The translations under genes were made by a program, and so were the position numbers. The notes beneath the pieces were generated by a model, which worked only from the letters and a program-made list of their open reading frames with translations, searched no databases and was not told the DNA's origin. Below are positions 38,554-48,412 of a DNA stretch of 64,000 bases, piece by piece (position 1 is the stretch's first letter; every line of letters starts with the position of its first letter). Source of the DNA: Candidatus Limnocylindrales bacterium (GTDB taxonomy: Bacteria; Moduliflexota; Moduliflexia; Moduliflexales; JAUQPW01); the NCBI GenBank assembly GCA_035559535.1, contig DATMBG010000058.1, forward strand, positions 248,001 to 312,000, written 5' to 3'.

Positions 38554-39492
38554 TTATGTTGTGGTAGGTCTGGAACCCGGCGTGGTAATCACACCTGAGG
38601 GACCGTACTGAAGAATATAAAATGGAGAAAGTTCCGGATACCGACAGTTACCAAGTGGAATAATAAAAGTACTCACAAAGGCAAATTGCCCCGAGATACA
38701 GGCATGACTTACCATATCTGTAAAGGCCATCCAGGCCGTATACGGTTTGAATCTGAATTCCTGATGCCCTTCCAGGCTCTGCTGGAAAACTGAAGAGTCT
38801 TTCATGAAATTATGGAAACGACGCATAGTTCGGTCATAGGGTGAGCTATCCATGAACTGAACGGGTGGCATAAACTTAGAAAGCTCCCGTAAAACACCGG
38901 TGTAGAGACGCTGCAAGGGTCCTTCGGTTAATAATTTGGGCGGAGCAACTCCGGCGGTTTCTCCCCAACGCGTATATATCTCCGGAAAAGTACCTTTCGT
39001 AATCCAAACCCGATCCCTGCCGGGATTTATATTCACAAAGAAACGTAAAATACGATCTCCATGGGTAGCCCCATAAGCACCGGCATCAATGTGGACCAGT
39101 TCATTGGATGCGTGGGCCGGCAAGTTACGGCCTTGTTCCTCTATGGGACGAAAACTGCAGGTCGCCACCACCCATCCCTGGATGAGATGGGAAATCACCC
39201 GGTGGAGGAATTCCTGAACATGATGGCTATGTTCCTTAAGAATTCGTGTGATACGGGCAGTCTCTTGGGTCGTACCCCGAAATCCGTATACACGATCGGA
39301 CTCCCGGTGATAGCTGATATTCTTAAGCTTCAGGCGCCAGGGTAGCTCTTCGAGCAAAAACCTCATATCGTCATGTTTCGGTAGCGGCACTGGGCAGGGA
39401 TCAAACACAACAATGTGACCCTGCTCAAGTTCGTCGGAGATCGCATGGGGAGCCAGCATCTCCAGTTGTTGGGTGGTATAAGTTGTTAACAT
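38554..39492 (-). CDS. Kdo hydroxylase (KdoO) family dioxygenase
   Basis: LEQGHIVVF, KNISY, SFRPIEEQGR, LVHIDAG...GDRILRFFVNINP...RVW, YDRTMRRFHNFMK, FTDMVSHACISGQ. Confidence 0.82.
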   Translation of the reverse strand: MLTTYTTQQLEMLAPHAISDELEQGHIVVFDPCPVPLPKHDDMRFLLEELPWRLKLKNISYHRESDRVYGFRGTTQETARITRILKEHSHHVQEFLHRVISHLIQGWVVATCSFRPIEEQGRNLPAHASNELVHIDAGAYGATHGDRILRFFVNINPGRDRVWITKGTFPEIYTRWGETAGVAPPKLLTEGPLQRLYTGVLRELSKFMPPVQFMDSSPYDRTMRRFHNFMKDSSVFQQSLEGHQEFRFKPYTAWMAFTDMVSHACISGQFAFVSTFIIPLGNCRYPELSPFYILQYGPSGVITTPGSRPTTT

Positions 39493-39513
39493 ACCTCAAT
39501 CTTATTAAAAGGC

Positions 39514-39840
39514 ATTACCTTGTAAATTTTAACTGTTTTGCCCTCACCCTAACCCCTTTCAGGGCAGGTTTTTGAACCTACCCCCCTTCGACTCCCCTTC
39601 CAGGGAAGAGGAAAGTAGGAATCCAGACAATCCCCAAGTACCCCCTTCCCGAATCGGGAAGGGGGTTAGGTTAGAAGAAACCTGTCTTTGTAAACCTCCC
39701 AACCCCTTCTCCCGACGCTTCAGGAGAGGAGATACCGGGGAAGTTGACCTGGAGATCCGCCGGTTCCTCTCTTCCACAGCATGGGAGAGGAGCCAGGGAT
39801 GAGGGAAGAAAACTACGCAGAATTAACTTTACAAAGTAGT
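39514..39840. mobile_element. MITE-like composite palindromic element (about 330 bp)
   Basis: Imperfect terminal inverted repeats ATTACCTTGTAAATTTTA / TTAACTTTACAAAGTAGT (14 of 18 match) enclose several CCCTCACCCTAACCCC / CCCCTTCC...GGAAGGGG hairpins. Confidence 0.6.
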
Positions 39841-40481
39841 CTACGCTGATATAGAAATAAGACCTCTTTCATTCAAGGAAAAATCATCTTAACCACCAAA
39901 GTACCCGATTCACTAGCGGGATCCATCAACTCGTGTATTCAGAATTCTATCTATTAAACAGGGACGTTTGACCTACTGTTTACCCATAACCGTCCTCTGA
40001 CTTTGACATTCTTTAACCTTTTCAAGAATTTTAGGTAGGTCTCCTCGCAGAGTCAAGGAGATTTACAGGAATCTTTAGATAAAGCTTTTCTGTAAAAATT
40101 CCCCATCTCTCATGCCTGTTCATAACCCTTAGATCGACTTTATATTGAAATTTGACCTGAGCGTAGGGGTCTGTTACAACGGGCCCCTAACATCCAGGGA
40201 TAATTTCAAAATGAATTTAATATGACTTCCCTGGTCATTCACTTTGAAGGAAAGAAATCCATTAAAATTTAAATTTATTCCATTTTCATATTGCTAATAA
40301 TTCCTTCTCTCTATAAAATGGATTTAGATTTTGAAAGAACCTATACTTCAGATGAAATTTTAGAGTGCCTGGATCACTTTACCAGACAGGCAGGAATGGG
40401 GTTAGAGGAAGAAAAAATTTCCGGAGATCTACGGATAGATTTCACAAAAAGGAGTAACCTCAGGTATCTTTACAGATCAAA

Positions 40482-41258
40482 ATGGAACGCCATCACAAAA
40501 CTTCCTTATTGACTGTTCGTAATCTGACCGTTAAATTTGATGGGATTGTGGCACTGGATGATGTTTCCTTTGATGTGGAAGAAGGACAGATTGTCGGCTT
40601 GATTGGGCCGAACGGGGCCGGTAAGACTACGCTCTTTAATTGCTTAAGCCGTCTCTATACGCCACATCGAGGGGAAATTCTCTTTGAGGGCCGATCGATT
40701 TTATCTCTGACTCCTCATCGTATTGCCCGGCTCGGTATTGGCCGTACCTTCCAAAATCTGGCGTTGTTCCACACCATGACGGTTCTCCAGAACATCCTGG
40801 TAGGTATGCATAGTCGAACCCGGAGTGGTTTTCTGAGTAACGCCTTGAGGCTACCTGGGGTAGCCCGTGAGGAGCGTAGGATACAGGAGGTAGCCCGGGA
40901 ATTGCTCTTTTTTCTGGATCTTGATGCTGTTGCCAATCATCCGGCTATCGGTCTTCCCTATGGGACTCTGAAACGAGTGGAATTGGCCCGTGCTTTAGCC
41001 GGCAGGCCTAGACTTCTGCTGCTGGATGAACCGGCTGGAGGCCTGAACCATGAAGAGGTAGTGGCATTGGCTGGTCTTATTCGTAACATCCGAGACAACC
41101 GGCGAATAACCCTATTGCTGGTCGAGCATCACATGAATCTGGTTATGGGAATTTCGGACAAAGTTGTGGTATTAGATTTTGGGCGTAAAATCGCTGAAGG
41201 TCCACCTGGAGAGGTACAGAGGAATCCCGAAGTAATTCGGGCCTACCTGGGGAGTTAG
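40482..41258 (+). CDS. livG: Branched-chain amino acid ABC transporter ATP-binding protein LivG
   Basis: GPNGAGKTT, RTFQN, LPYG, LLLDEPAGG, VEHHM, VIRAYLG. Confidence 0.92.
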   Translation: MERHHKTSLLTVRNLTVKFDGIVALDDVSFDVEEGQIVGLIGPNGAGKTTLFNCLSRLYTPHRGEILFEGRSILSLTPHRIARLGIGRTFQNLALFHTMTVLQNILVGMHSRTRSGFLSNALRLPGVAREERRIQEVARELLFFLDLDAVANHPAIGLPYGTLKRVELARALAGRPRLLLLDEPAGGLNHEEVVALAGLIRNIRDNRRITLLLVEHHMNLVMGISDKVVVLDFGRKIAEGPPGEVQRNPEVIRAYLGS

Positions 41259-41310
41259 TCCGGTGTTAATCCTCTCTGAAATCCGGGTTTTGAAGGATTG
41301 AATATCGAAA

Positions 41311-42024
41311 ATGGCAACCTTGTTAGAGGTCGAAAATCTTGAATCCTTTTATGGACAAACCAAAGTCCTCCGAGGCATAAGCTTTCGGGTAGAAAAAGGG
41401 GGCATAACCGCTATTCTTGGGGCTAATGGGGCCGGTAAAACAACGACCCTGAGAGCTGTTTGCGGTATGGTGCAGACTTCTGGAAAGATCCTCCTGGATG
41501 GCCATCGAATAGATAAAAAGGCTACGGAGGATATAGTTCGACTGGGTGTTGGTCATGTACCGGAAGGAAGGGGAACCTTCGGGAATCTGACGGTAGAAGA
41601 AAACCTTCGGCTCGGTGGGTATACCCGTAAGGAAAAGTGGCTCATGATGGAAGACTTGAACAGGATGTACGAGTATTTTCCTGTACTGGGAAAGCGGCGC
41701 AGACAGTTGGCGGGCACCCTTAGTGGAGGCGAACAGCAAATGCTGGCCATAGCCAGAGCTTTAATGTTGCGCCCCAGGTTATTGCTCCTCGATGAACCTT
41801 CCCTGGGATTGGCTCCCCGCATAGTCCAGGAAATCTTCCGTATTGTGCGAAAGATTAACCAGGAGGAAGGGGTCAGTGTGCTGCTGGTGGAGCAGAATGC
41901 CTCCATTGCCCTGGATCTGGCAGATCAGGCATTTCTATTGGAAACAGGTAGGGTTGTCCTGTCAGGGCCCTCTGCCATTTTCCGGGAAGATGACTCCATT
42001 CGACGATCTTATCTGGGTTACTGA
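41311..42024 (+). CDS. livF: Branched-chain amino acid ABC transporter ATP-binding protein LivF
   Basis: GANGAGKTT, VPEGR, LSGGEQQMLA, LDEPSLGLAP, VEQNA, YLG. Confidence 0.93.
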   Translation: MATLLEVENLESFYGQTKVLRGISFRVEKGGITAILGANGAGKTTTLRAVCGMVQTSGKILLDGHRIDKKATEDIVRLGVGHVPEGRGTFGNLTVEENLRLGGYTRKEKWLMMEDLNRMYEYFPVLGKRRRQLAGTLSGGEQQMLAIARALMLRPRLLLLDEPSLGLAPRIVQEIFRIVRKINQEEGVSVLLVEQNASIALDLADQAFLLETGRVVLSGPSAIFREDDSIRRSYLGY

Positions 42025-42204
42025 CCTGGTGTTTTTCAAATCATTCTTGCAACCTTAACCGGGTCGTTCTGAGCTTTGACTCTTATCGTTCCTTGCAATG
42101 ACAAATTCCATATTACAACCTTAATCTGAAAGAGTACGGGTGGGCAATGGGTAGGAAGATCTGTAGAATCAAGTTATCTGTCAGTGTCCATTCAATGCAA
42201 TAAA

Positions 42205-42380
42205 TACACTGTTACCTTAATTTTGAAATTTTGACCACCTAAGGCTGCTTTCACTCCCCAACTCCCCTCTCCGCCCCCACCCCTTCCTTCCCCGTGGACG
42301 GGGAGGGTGAGGGAGGGGGAGAAGGACTGGGGGGAGGGTGAGGGCGCTTAAAAAGCAGGCAAAACGAAGTAAGCAGTGTA
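42205..42380. mobile_element. MITE-like element with TA-flanked terminal inverted repeats, inside the liv operon
   Basis: TA-CACTGTTACCTTAATTTTG ... CAAAACGAAGTAAGCAGTG-TA around a C-rich/G-rich palindrome. Confidence 0.65.
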
Positions 42381-42438
42381 AAATTCTATTCTTACAAGCC
42401 TTGATAACTTACTGCCCGGTGCCTGCAACCCACGGTTT

Positions 42439-44328
42439 ATGGATACTTTTCTCCAACAAATTGTATCCGGTCTGGCAACCGGAGGTATTTATGCGAGCCT
42501 CGCCTTAGCCCTGGTCATGATTTATCAGGCCACAGACGTTGTCAATTTTGCCCAGGGTGAGATGGCCATGTTTAGTACTTACCTGGCATGGTCCCTTCTT
42601 AATGCCGGAGTACCCTACTGGATAGCATTCTTTTCCACCCTTGCCATTGCCTTTATAGGAGGTCTTTTGATTGAACGGACGATTATCCGACCTATGGAGA
42701 ATGCTCCGGTTCTTTCCATTGTAATCGTTTGTATTGGACTTTTGGTCATCTTTAACAGTTTAGCCGGATGGATCTATTCCTATGTTATTCAGTCCTTTCC
42801 AAGTCCCTTCCCAAGAAAACCCTTAAAAATCGGGAATATCGTCTTCGGTTTGCACGATTTAGGCATCATCGGGATTACCCTTATCCTCTTGATTTTTCTT
42901 TACCTGTTTTTCAAATATACCTCCCTCGGCCTTGCCATGCGAGCAGCCGCCCAAAATCCGGTATCCAGCCGACTGGTTGGAATTCGTGTAAGCTGGATGC
43001 TGGCATTGGGTTGGGGATTGGCTGCTATGATCGGGGCCGTGGCTGGTATGATGATAGCTCCCATTGTCTTTCTAGAACCCAACATGATGGGAGGTATCAT
43101 GATCTATGCCTTTGCTGCTGCAACCCTGGGTGGATTTAACAGTCCCCTGGGGGCCGTAATAGGCGGGATTTTAGTCGGTATTACCGAAAATCTGGCGGGT
43201 ACCTATATTCCGTTTATCGGTACAGATCTCAAACTCACGGTTGCCCTGATGGTAATCCTTATGGTCTTGCTGGTAAAACCTACGGGATTGTTCGGTAAGG
43301 CAAGGATCGGTAAGATATGGGAAATGAAAAGAACCACTCAGATACCGGAATTTGCCGGGGTGGGGGCACCCTCGATCCCTTCCTATTGGAAAATGATCGG
43401 CCTGCTTGGGGTGTTAACCGTTGCCGTTTTATTGCCCTTCGTTGTGAGCAGTTATCGCCTGTTTCAGTTTACAATGGCCTATGTCTATGCCATTGCTCTC
43501 CTAGGGCTTAATATGCTTACCGGTTATAACGGTCAGATCTCTCTGGGGCACGGAGCCTTCTATGCCCTTGGAGCTTATACTACGGCTATACTCATTGAAC
43601 GTGGGGAGATGGCGTACGGTTGGACGATCCCCATAGCAAGTTTTATTTGTTTGATAACGGGTTTTCTGTTCGGAATTCCGGCCCTCCGGCTGGAAGGCTT
43701 ATATTTGTCCCTGGCTACCTTTGCCCTGGCCCTTTCCATTCCTCAGATCTTAAAATACTTTGAATCCTGGACGGGCGGTGTACAGGGGATCATTCTCTCC
43801 AAGCCCGAAGTGCCTTTTGGCCTGTCGCTCAACCCGGATCAGTGGCTCTACTTTCTGGTTTTAGGGATTCTGGTCATATCCTTTGGAATCGGCTGGAATT
43901 TGCTTCGTGGACGTGTCGGTCGCGCCATCATCGCCATACGAGATCATCCCATAGCAGCTGAAACCCTGGGAATTCCTAATGCCCTTTACAAATCCCTAAC
44001 CTTTGGTGTGAGCGCCATGTATACCGGTACTGCCGGAGCACTGGGAGCCCTTGTCGTCCAGTTCGTGGCTCCGGATAGCTTCAATGAATTTTTGTCGATT
44101 TCCTTTCTGGTGGGGATCGTCATAGGAGGTCTTTCTTCAATTTCCGGAGCCCTTTTCGGAGCCTTCTTCATTCAATTCGTACCAACCTATGCCCAAAACA
44201 TTTCAAAAGCAGCTCCGTGGGCCATTTACGGGATCTTTTTGATTGTATTTATGTATGTGATGCCGACAGGTATTGCAGGTTTTTTGCAGAAAGTCTGGGG
44301 CCGGCTTGGCCGGTTTAGGAGGAAGTAA
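42439..44328 (+). CDS. Fused LivH-LivM branched-chain amino acid ABC permease
   Basis: N-half LivH (VNFAQGE, GLAMRAAAQN, KPTGLFG) and C-half LivM (GYNGQISLGHGAF, LRLEGLYL, GRAIIAIRD) in a single 629-aa ORF. Confidence 0.88.
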   Translation: MDTFLQQIVSGLATGGIYASLALALVMIYQATDVVNFAQGEMAMFSTYLAWSLLNAGVPYWIAFFSTLAIAFIGGLLIERTIIRPMENAPVLSIVIVCIGLLVIFNSLAGWIYSYVIQSFPSPFPRKPLKIGNIVFGLHDLGIIGITLILLIFLYLFFKYTSLGLAMRAAAQNPVSSRLVGIRVSWMLALGWGLAAMIGAVAGMMIAPIVFLEPNMMGGIMIYAFAAATLGGFNSPLGAVIGGILVGITENLAGTYIPFIGTDLKLTVALMVILMVLLVKPTGLFGKARIGKIWEMKRTTQIPEFAGVGAPSIPSYWKMIGLLGVLTVAVLLPFVVSSYRLFQFTMAYVYAIALLGLNMLTGYNGQISLGHGAFYALGAYTTAILIERGEMAYGWTIPIASFICLITGFLFGIPALRLEGLYLSLATFALALSIPQILKYFESWTGGVQGIILSKPEVPFGLSLNPDQWLYFLVLGILVISFGIGWNLLRGRVGRAIIAIRDHPIAAETLGIPNALYKSLTFGVSAMYTGTAGALGALVVQFVAPDSFNEFLSISFLVGIVIGGLSSISGALFGAFFIQFVPTYAQNISKAAPWAIYGIFLIVFMYVMPTGIAGFLQKVWGRLGRFRRK

Positions 44329-44583
44329 GCAGCCTTATATCTATCCTGAACTCCGTGTAACTTATGCCCGGGTGGAGCCCAAAAGATCCCAACCGACCAC
44401 GATCCATACATATTATAGAACAAGAGGTCCCTATCCTTGCCTTGCAAGGATTACCGGCCCGGATATCCTTCTATTCATGACGGTATATCCTTTTTGGAAG
44501 ATTGGGAAGAAGGATTTTTGCCTTCCAGATCCCTCATCCTTCCGGTCGATGGAATCCAAATCCAGGATTTCAATTCCCTTTGT

Positions 44584-45699
44584 CTATTTATAGAAATTTT
44601 TAAAGAATCCGGTTTTTTTAGGTGGAGCCACGGGTTCGTTACTGATGCGGGCAAACTCCCGAAGCAACTCTTCTTGTTTCTCGGTTAAATGGGTAGGTAC
44701 GCTGACAACCACCCGGACATACTCATCTCCTCGTCCATTCCCTCTCAAGTGAGGAATACCTTTACCTTCCAGGGTAAAGACCTTCCCGGTTGGTGTTCCG
44801 GGTGGGATTTTAAGTTTTGTGGTTCCCTCCAGGGTAGGAACCTCGATTTCTGCACCCAGAGCTGCCTGGGTGAAGGCTATGGGGACTTCACAGTAGATAT
44901 CGTTACCGTCCCTTTTGAAAATTTCATGGGGTTCTACCGAGATGAAAATATATAAATCTCCAGGTGGTCCCCCCCGGAGGCCCCCTTCCCCTTCTCCTTG
45001 GAGTCGTAGTTGAGCTCCGGTATCCACGCCTGCCGGAATTTTTAGACTGAGCTTTTTCTTCTTCTGAACTTTCCCCGACCCTTTACACTCTTTACAGGGC
45101 TCTTCGATGGTACTTCCAACTCCTCCACAGCGGCTACAGGTAAGGCTAACGGTGAAGAATCCTTGAGATCGACTTATAGTACCGGTCCCACGACAGGCCG
45201 GACAGGTAATTCGTCCCGTACCGGGTGCAGCACCCGTCGCCCCACACGTCTCACAGGATTCAGCTTTTTCTATCTGAATTTCCTTTTCTGTTCCGAGGGC
45301 AGCCTCCATAAAGGAAATACTTAAATCGTACCTTAAATCAGATCCCCGCTGAGGACCTGCCCGTCTCTGTCTGGAACTTCGACCTCCAAATCCTACATTG
45401 AAGAAATCCTCAAAGATATCCCCAAAGCTGGAAAAAATATCTTCAAATCCACCAAATCCACCAACACCGGCCCCTCTTAGACCTTCATGGCCGTATTGAT
45501 CATATAAACGTCGTTTTTCAGGATCACTTAAAACCTGATACGCTTCCGCTGCTTCTTTAAACTTTTCTTCGGCTTCTTTGCTACCTGGATTCTTATCCGG
45601 GTGGTACTTTAAAGCTGCTTGCCTGTAGGCTTTCTTTATTTCAGCTTCTGTAGCATTTCGAGATACACCCAGAACCTTATAATAGTCACGCTTTTCCAT
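44584..45699 (-). CDS. dnaJ: Molecular chaperone DnaJ
   Basis: J domain with HPD, G/F-rich region, four CxxCxGxG motifs, C-terminal domain. Confidence 0.98.
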   Translation of the reverse strand: MEKRDYYKVLGVSRNATEAEIKKAYRQAALKYHPDKNPGSKEAEEKFKEAAEAYQVLSDPEKRRLYDQYGHEGLRGAGVGGFGGFEDIFSSFGDIFEDFFNVGFGGRSSRQRRAGPQRGSDLRYDLSISFMEAALGTEKEIQIEKAESCETCGATGAAPGTGRITCPACRGTGTISRSQGFFTVSLTCSRCGGVGSTIEEPCKECKGSGKVQKKKKLSLKIPAGVDTGAQLRLQGEGEGGLRGGPPGDLYIFISVEPHEIFKRDGNDIYCEVPIAFTQAALGAEIEVPTLEGTTKLKIPPGTPTGKVFTLEGKGIPHLRGNGRGDEYVRVVVSVPTHLTEKQEELLREFARISNEPVAPPKKTGFFKNFYK

Positions 45700-45865
45700 A
45701 AAAACCTCTCTTCATTTTGATTTCTAAGCAGAAGGGTTTGTACCAGAGTGGGATGTGTTTTATTCTCTGGGGACATCGATCCATTTGACATTTATAAGAT
45801 AAATTCCAGGGGGGTATTCGTCAAGATATTCCCCTTTTTAAGGACGGTAACGTTGATCCGGGTGG

Positions 45866-47413
45866 TTAAGGGGATGTCAGGGCTTGATGAAGTTCTCGGA
45901 AGCTTTCTTTGAGGTTCGGATAAAGGGCCTTATAAACTTCAAAAAAGCGGGTATATAGGGGATACAACTCAGGGTTAGGAAGGTAAGTTTGAAACGGAGA
46001 AGCAGCCGCCAGTTTAACAGCCTCCCGGTAATCTCTATAGATACCTGCAGCTAAGCCACCAAGCAGGGCCGCCCCCAGAACGGCAGTTTCTTTAATATTC
46101 AGGGTATGAACTACTTTGTTCATGGCGTCGGCCTTAATTTGGTTCCAGAGATCGCTTTTAGCGCCGCCCCCAACGGTATGGAAGGCATTAACAGAAAATC
46201 CCAATTCTTTCTCCACAATCTCCACATTCTGACGGAGGCCATAGGCAGTTCCTTCCAGGATTGCCCGGATAAAGTCCCCTCGGGTAGTGCTGAGAGAAAA
46301 TCCGAAAAACAGGCCCCGGGCCAGGGGGTCCCAGATAGGGCATCGTTCCCCTGCCAGATAAGGGAGGAAAAGAACCCCACCGGCTCCGGGTGGGGATTTT
46401 TTGGCTTCCAAATCCATGAGCTCATAGGCACTTATTCCCAGCTTTTCACCGACTTCTTTTTCATACCGGCAGAACTGTTCCCGAAACCATTGATAGGCTG
46501 CCCCCGGTGCGACCATGGCTCCCATGAGCAACCAGCGATCCGGGACGACGTGACAGCGGTTCATGAGGCGAATATCAAATTTAGGCTGATCCGAACATAC
46601 CGAGATCACATCCGAAGTGCCGGTTGTTTCAAAAACCTGGCCCGACTCTGTAATCCCAGAGCCAAAAGCCGAACAGGCTGTATCGGCTCCACCTATAGCT
46701 ACTGGAATGCCTGCAGGTAATCCGGTTACCCGGGAGGCCTTGGAAGAGACTTTTCCGATAACTGTGGGAGAGGATAGGGCCGGAGGTAGCTTATCCTGAT
46801 TAAGTTCCAGTTCTTCAATCAGATCAAAACACCAATCTCTACATCCACCTGTATCGAAAATCCCGGTAAACGAGGCATTGGTCCAGTCTATACCAAACTT
46901 TTCTGTCAGACGGAAGGCCAGAAAAGTATTGCCATGCCCTAATACCCGGGCCTTCTGATAAGTATGGGGTTCATTTTCTTTTATCCAGAGCATGCTGGTG
47001 ACCGAGAAGGTTCCAGGGGCTATACGGTTTCCTACCCTTCGAAAGATTTGTTCTAAACCGCATCTTTTGATGATCTGCTCGCTTTGTGCCACGCTACGAC
47101 GATCCAGGTAAAGGATAGCAGGCCGAAGAGGATTCCCCTCTTTATCCAGGGCAACCAGGGAGGGGCACATGTTACTGATTCCAATCCCCACAATCTCCCT
47201 CTTTTTAATCTGGGCTTGCTGACAGGCCAGATCCAGTCCTTTTAAAAACGCCTGCCACCATATCTCCGGGTCTTCTTCTGCCCAGGAAGGATGAGGATGC
47301 TGAATGTCATAGCCTATCTGACCCAGACCGCGGATTTTACCTCGCTCATCCACCAGGGCTACTTTGGCACTTTGAGCCCCCAGGTCTATACCTAACAGGT
47401 AGGAGTTTTTCAT
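45866..47413 (-). CDS. FGGY-family carbohydrate kinase (xylulokinase-like)
   Basis: LGIDLGAQS, GGADTAC, TGTS, FLPYLAGERCP, GGGAKS. Confidence 0.9.
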   Translation of the reverse strand: MKNSYLLGIDLGAQSAKVALVDERGKIRGLGQIGYDIQHPHPSWAEEDPEIWWQAFLKGLDLACQQAQIKKREIVGIGISNMCPSLVALDKEGNPLRPAILYLDRRSVAQSEQIIKRCGLEQIFRRVGNRIAPGTFSVTSMLWIKENEPHTYQKARVLGHGNTFLAFRLTEKFGIDWTNASFTGIFDTGGCRDWCFDLIEELELNQDKLPPALSSPTVIGKVSSKASRVTGLPAGIPVAIGGADTACSAFGSGITESGQVFETTGTSDVISVCSDQPKFDIRLMNRCHVVPDRWLLMGAMVAPGAAYQWFREQFCRYEKEVGEKLGISAYELMDLEAKKSPPGAGGVLFLPYLAGERCPIWDPLARGLFFGFSLSTTRGDFIRAILEGTAYGLRQNVEIVEKELGFSVNAFHTVGGGAKSDLWNQIKADAMNKVVHTLNIKETAVLGAALLGGLAAGIYRDYREAVKLAAASPFQTYLPNPELYPLYTRFFEVYKALYPNLKESFRELHQALTSP

Positions 47414-47498
47414 TTTGAAGCCACCCCGGCACGGAAAACATTAAGATTCTATTTTTACTTCTCCATGAATCCAGTGCCTCCGGTAGCTTTAGGTTCCC

Positions 47499-48299
47499 TT
47501 ATCCCTTCAAAATTTCCAGAGCTTCCTGGACACTTTTATTTTCATGAATAATCGCCTTTAAAGCCTTAATAATCCCTATGACATTCTGATGATCCCAGAT
47601 ATTTCGTCCGTAAGCAACCCCCAGTGCGCCGGCATCCATGACCCCTTTGGTCATTTGAAGCAGTTGCTCATCGCTATCCATCTTCGGACCTCCTGCAGCC
47701 ACTACCTTTCCAGGAGCTACCTCTACCACTTTTCGGAAAGTTTCGGGATCTCCAGAATACCAGGTCTTGATTACATCTACACCTAACTCCTCTCCCGCGC
47801 GAACACAATAGCTGAGGTTAGGAACCGAATAACGTTCCTCATCCTTAATGAGTTCCCCTTTGGGATACATATGAGCCATGAGAACTAATCCGGCCAGTGA
47901 AGCATCCCGGGAGAGGGCTCCTAAATTTCTTAACATCTCCGCCTGTCGCTCACCCCCCAGAATAACTCCCATGGAAATTGCATCGGCTCCTAATCGAATA
48001 GCCTCATCCACCTGGGTTACCCAGGTATCATAGGTGGGATGATACGGCGAAAAGCTGGAAGCTTTTATAAGCAGAGGAATTTCTCCGGCATAGGGATAAA
48101 AAAATCGTTCGGCAATGCCTTTATGCATGAGAAGGGCATCGGGACCTCCCTGAATGATCTTCTCCATGGTATCCTCCATCTTAACCAATCCCGGAAACAG
48201 ACCCCGGGTAATGGGATGGTCCACGGTTACAATGAAAAGCTTCCCGGATTTCGGGTTTAAGATTCTTTTGAGTCGGACTTTTTTACCTAAAGATAACAT
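47499..48299 (-). CDS. Class I aldolase, DhnA/FbaB/LsrF family
   Basis: VDHP, AIRLGADAIS, MAHMYPKG, ELGVDVIKTWY (Schiff-base Lys), AGGPK, GRNIW. Confidence 0.88.
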   Translation of the reverse strand: MLSLGKKVRLKRILNPKSGKLFIVTVDHPITRGLFPGLVKMEDTMEKIIQGGPDALLMHKGIAERFFYPYAGEIPLLIKASSFSPYHPTYDTWVTQVDEAIRLGADAISMGVILGGERQAEMLRNLGALSRDASLAGLVLMAHMYPKGELIKDEERYSVPNLSYCVRAGEELGVDVIKTWYSGDPETFRKVVEVAPGKVVAAGGPKMDSDEQLLQMTKGVMDAGALGVAYGRNIWDHQNVIGIIKALKAIIHENKSVQEALEILKG

Positions 48300-48304
48300 A
48301 ATTT

Positions 48305-48412
48305 ATAGGATGGAGGTATGGAGGTATATTCTCCCTCCTACACCTCTATACTCCCATACCCCCATACCTCCATACCTCCATACGCCCATACTCCCATACC
48401 CCCACACTCATC
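48305..48412. repeat. Intergenic 8-nt repeat fold-back
   Basis: GATGGAGG TATGGAGG ... CTCCTACA CCTCTATA CTCCCATA CCCCCATA CCTCCATA CCTCCATA CGCCCATA CTCCCATA CCCCCACA. Confidence 0.88.

Noticed and set aside
40291-40512. 73-aa ORF upstream of livG
   Set aside because: TTG start without SD, no recognisable motif, and it overlaps the livG start; probably spurious.
45700-45860. CIRCE element upstream of dnaJ
   Set aside because: No TTAGCACTC-N9-GAGTGCTAA match found.
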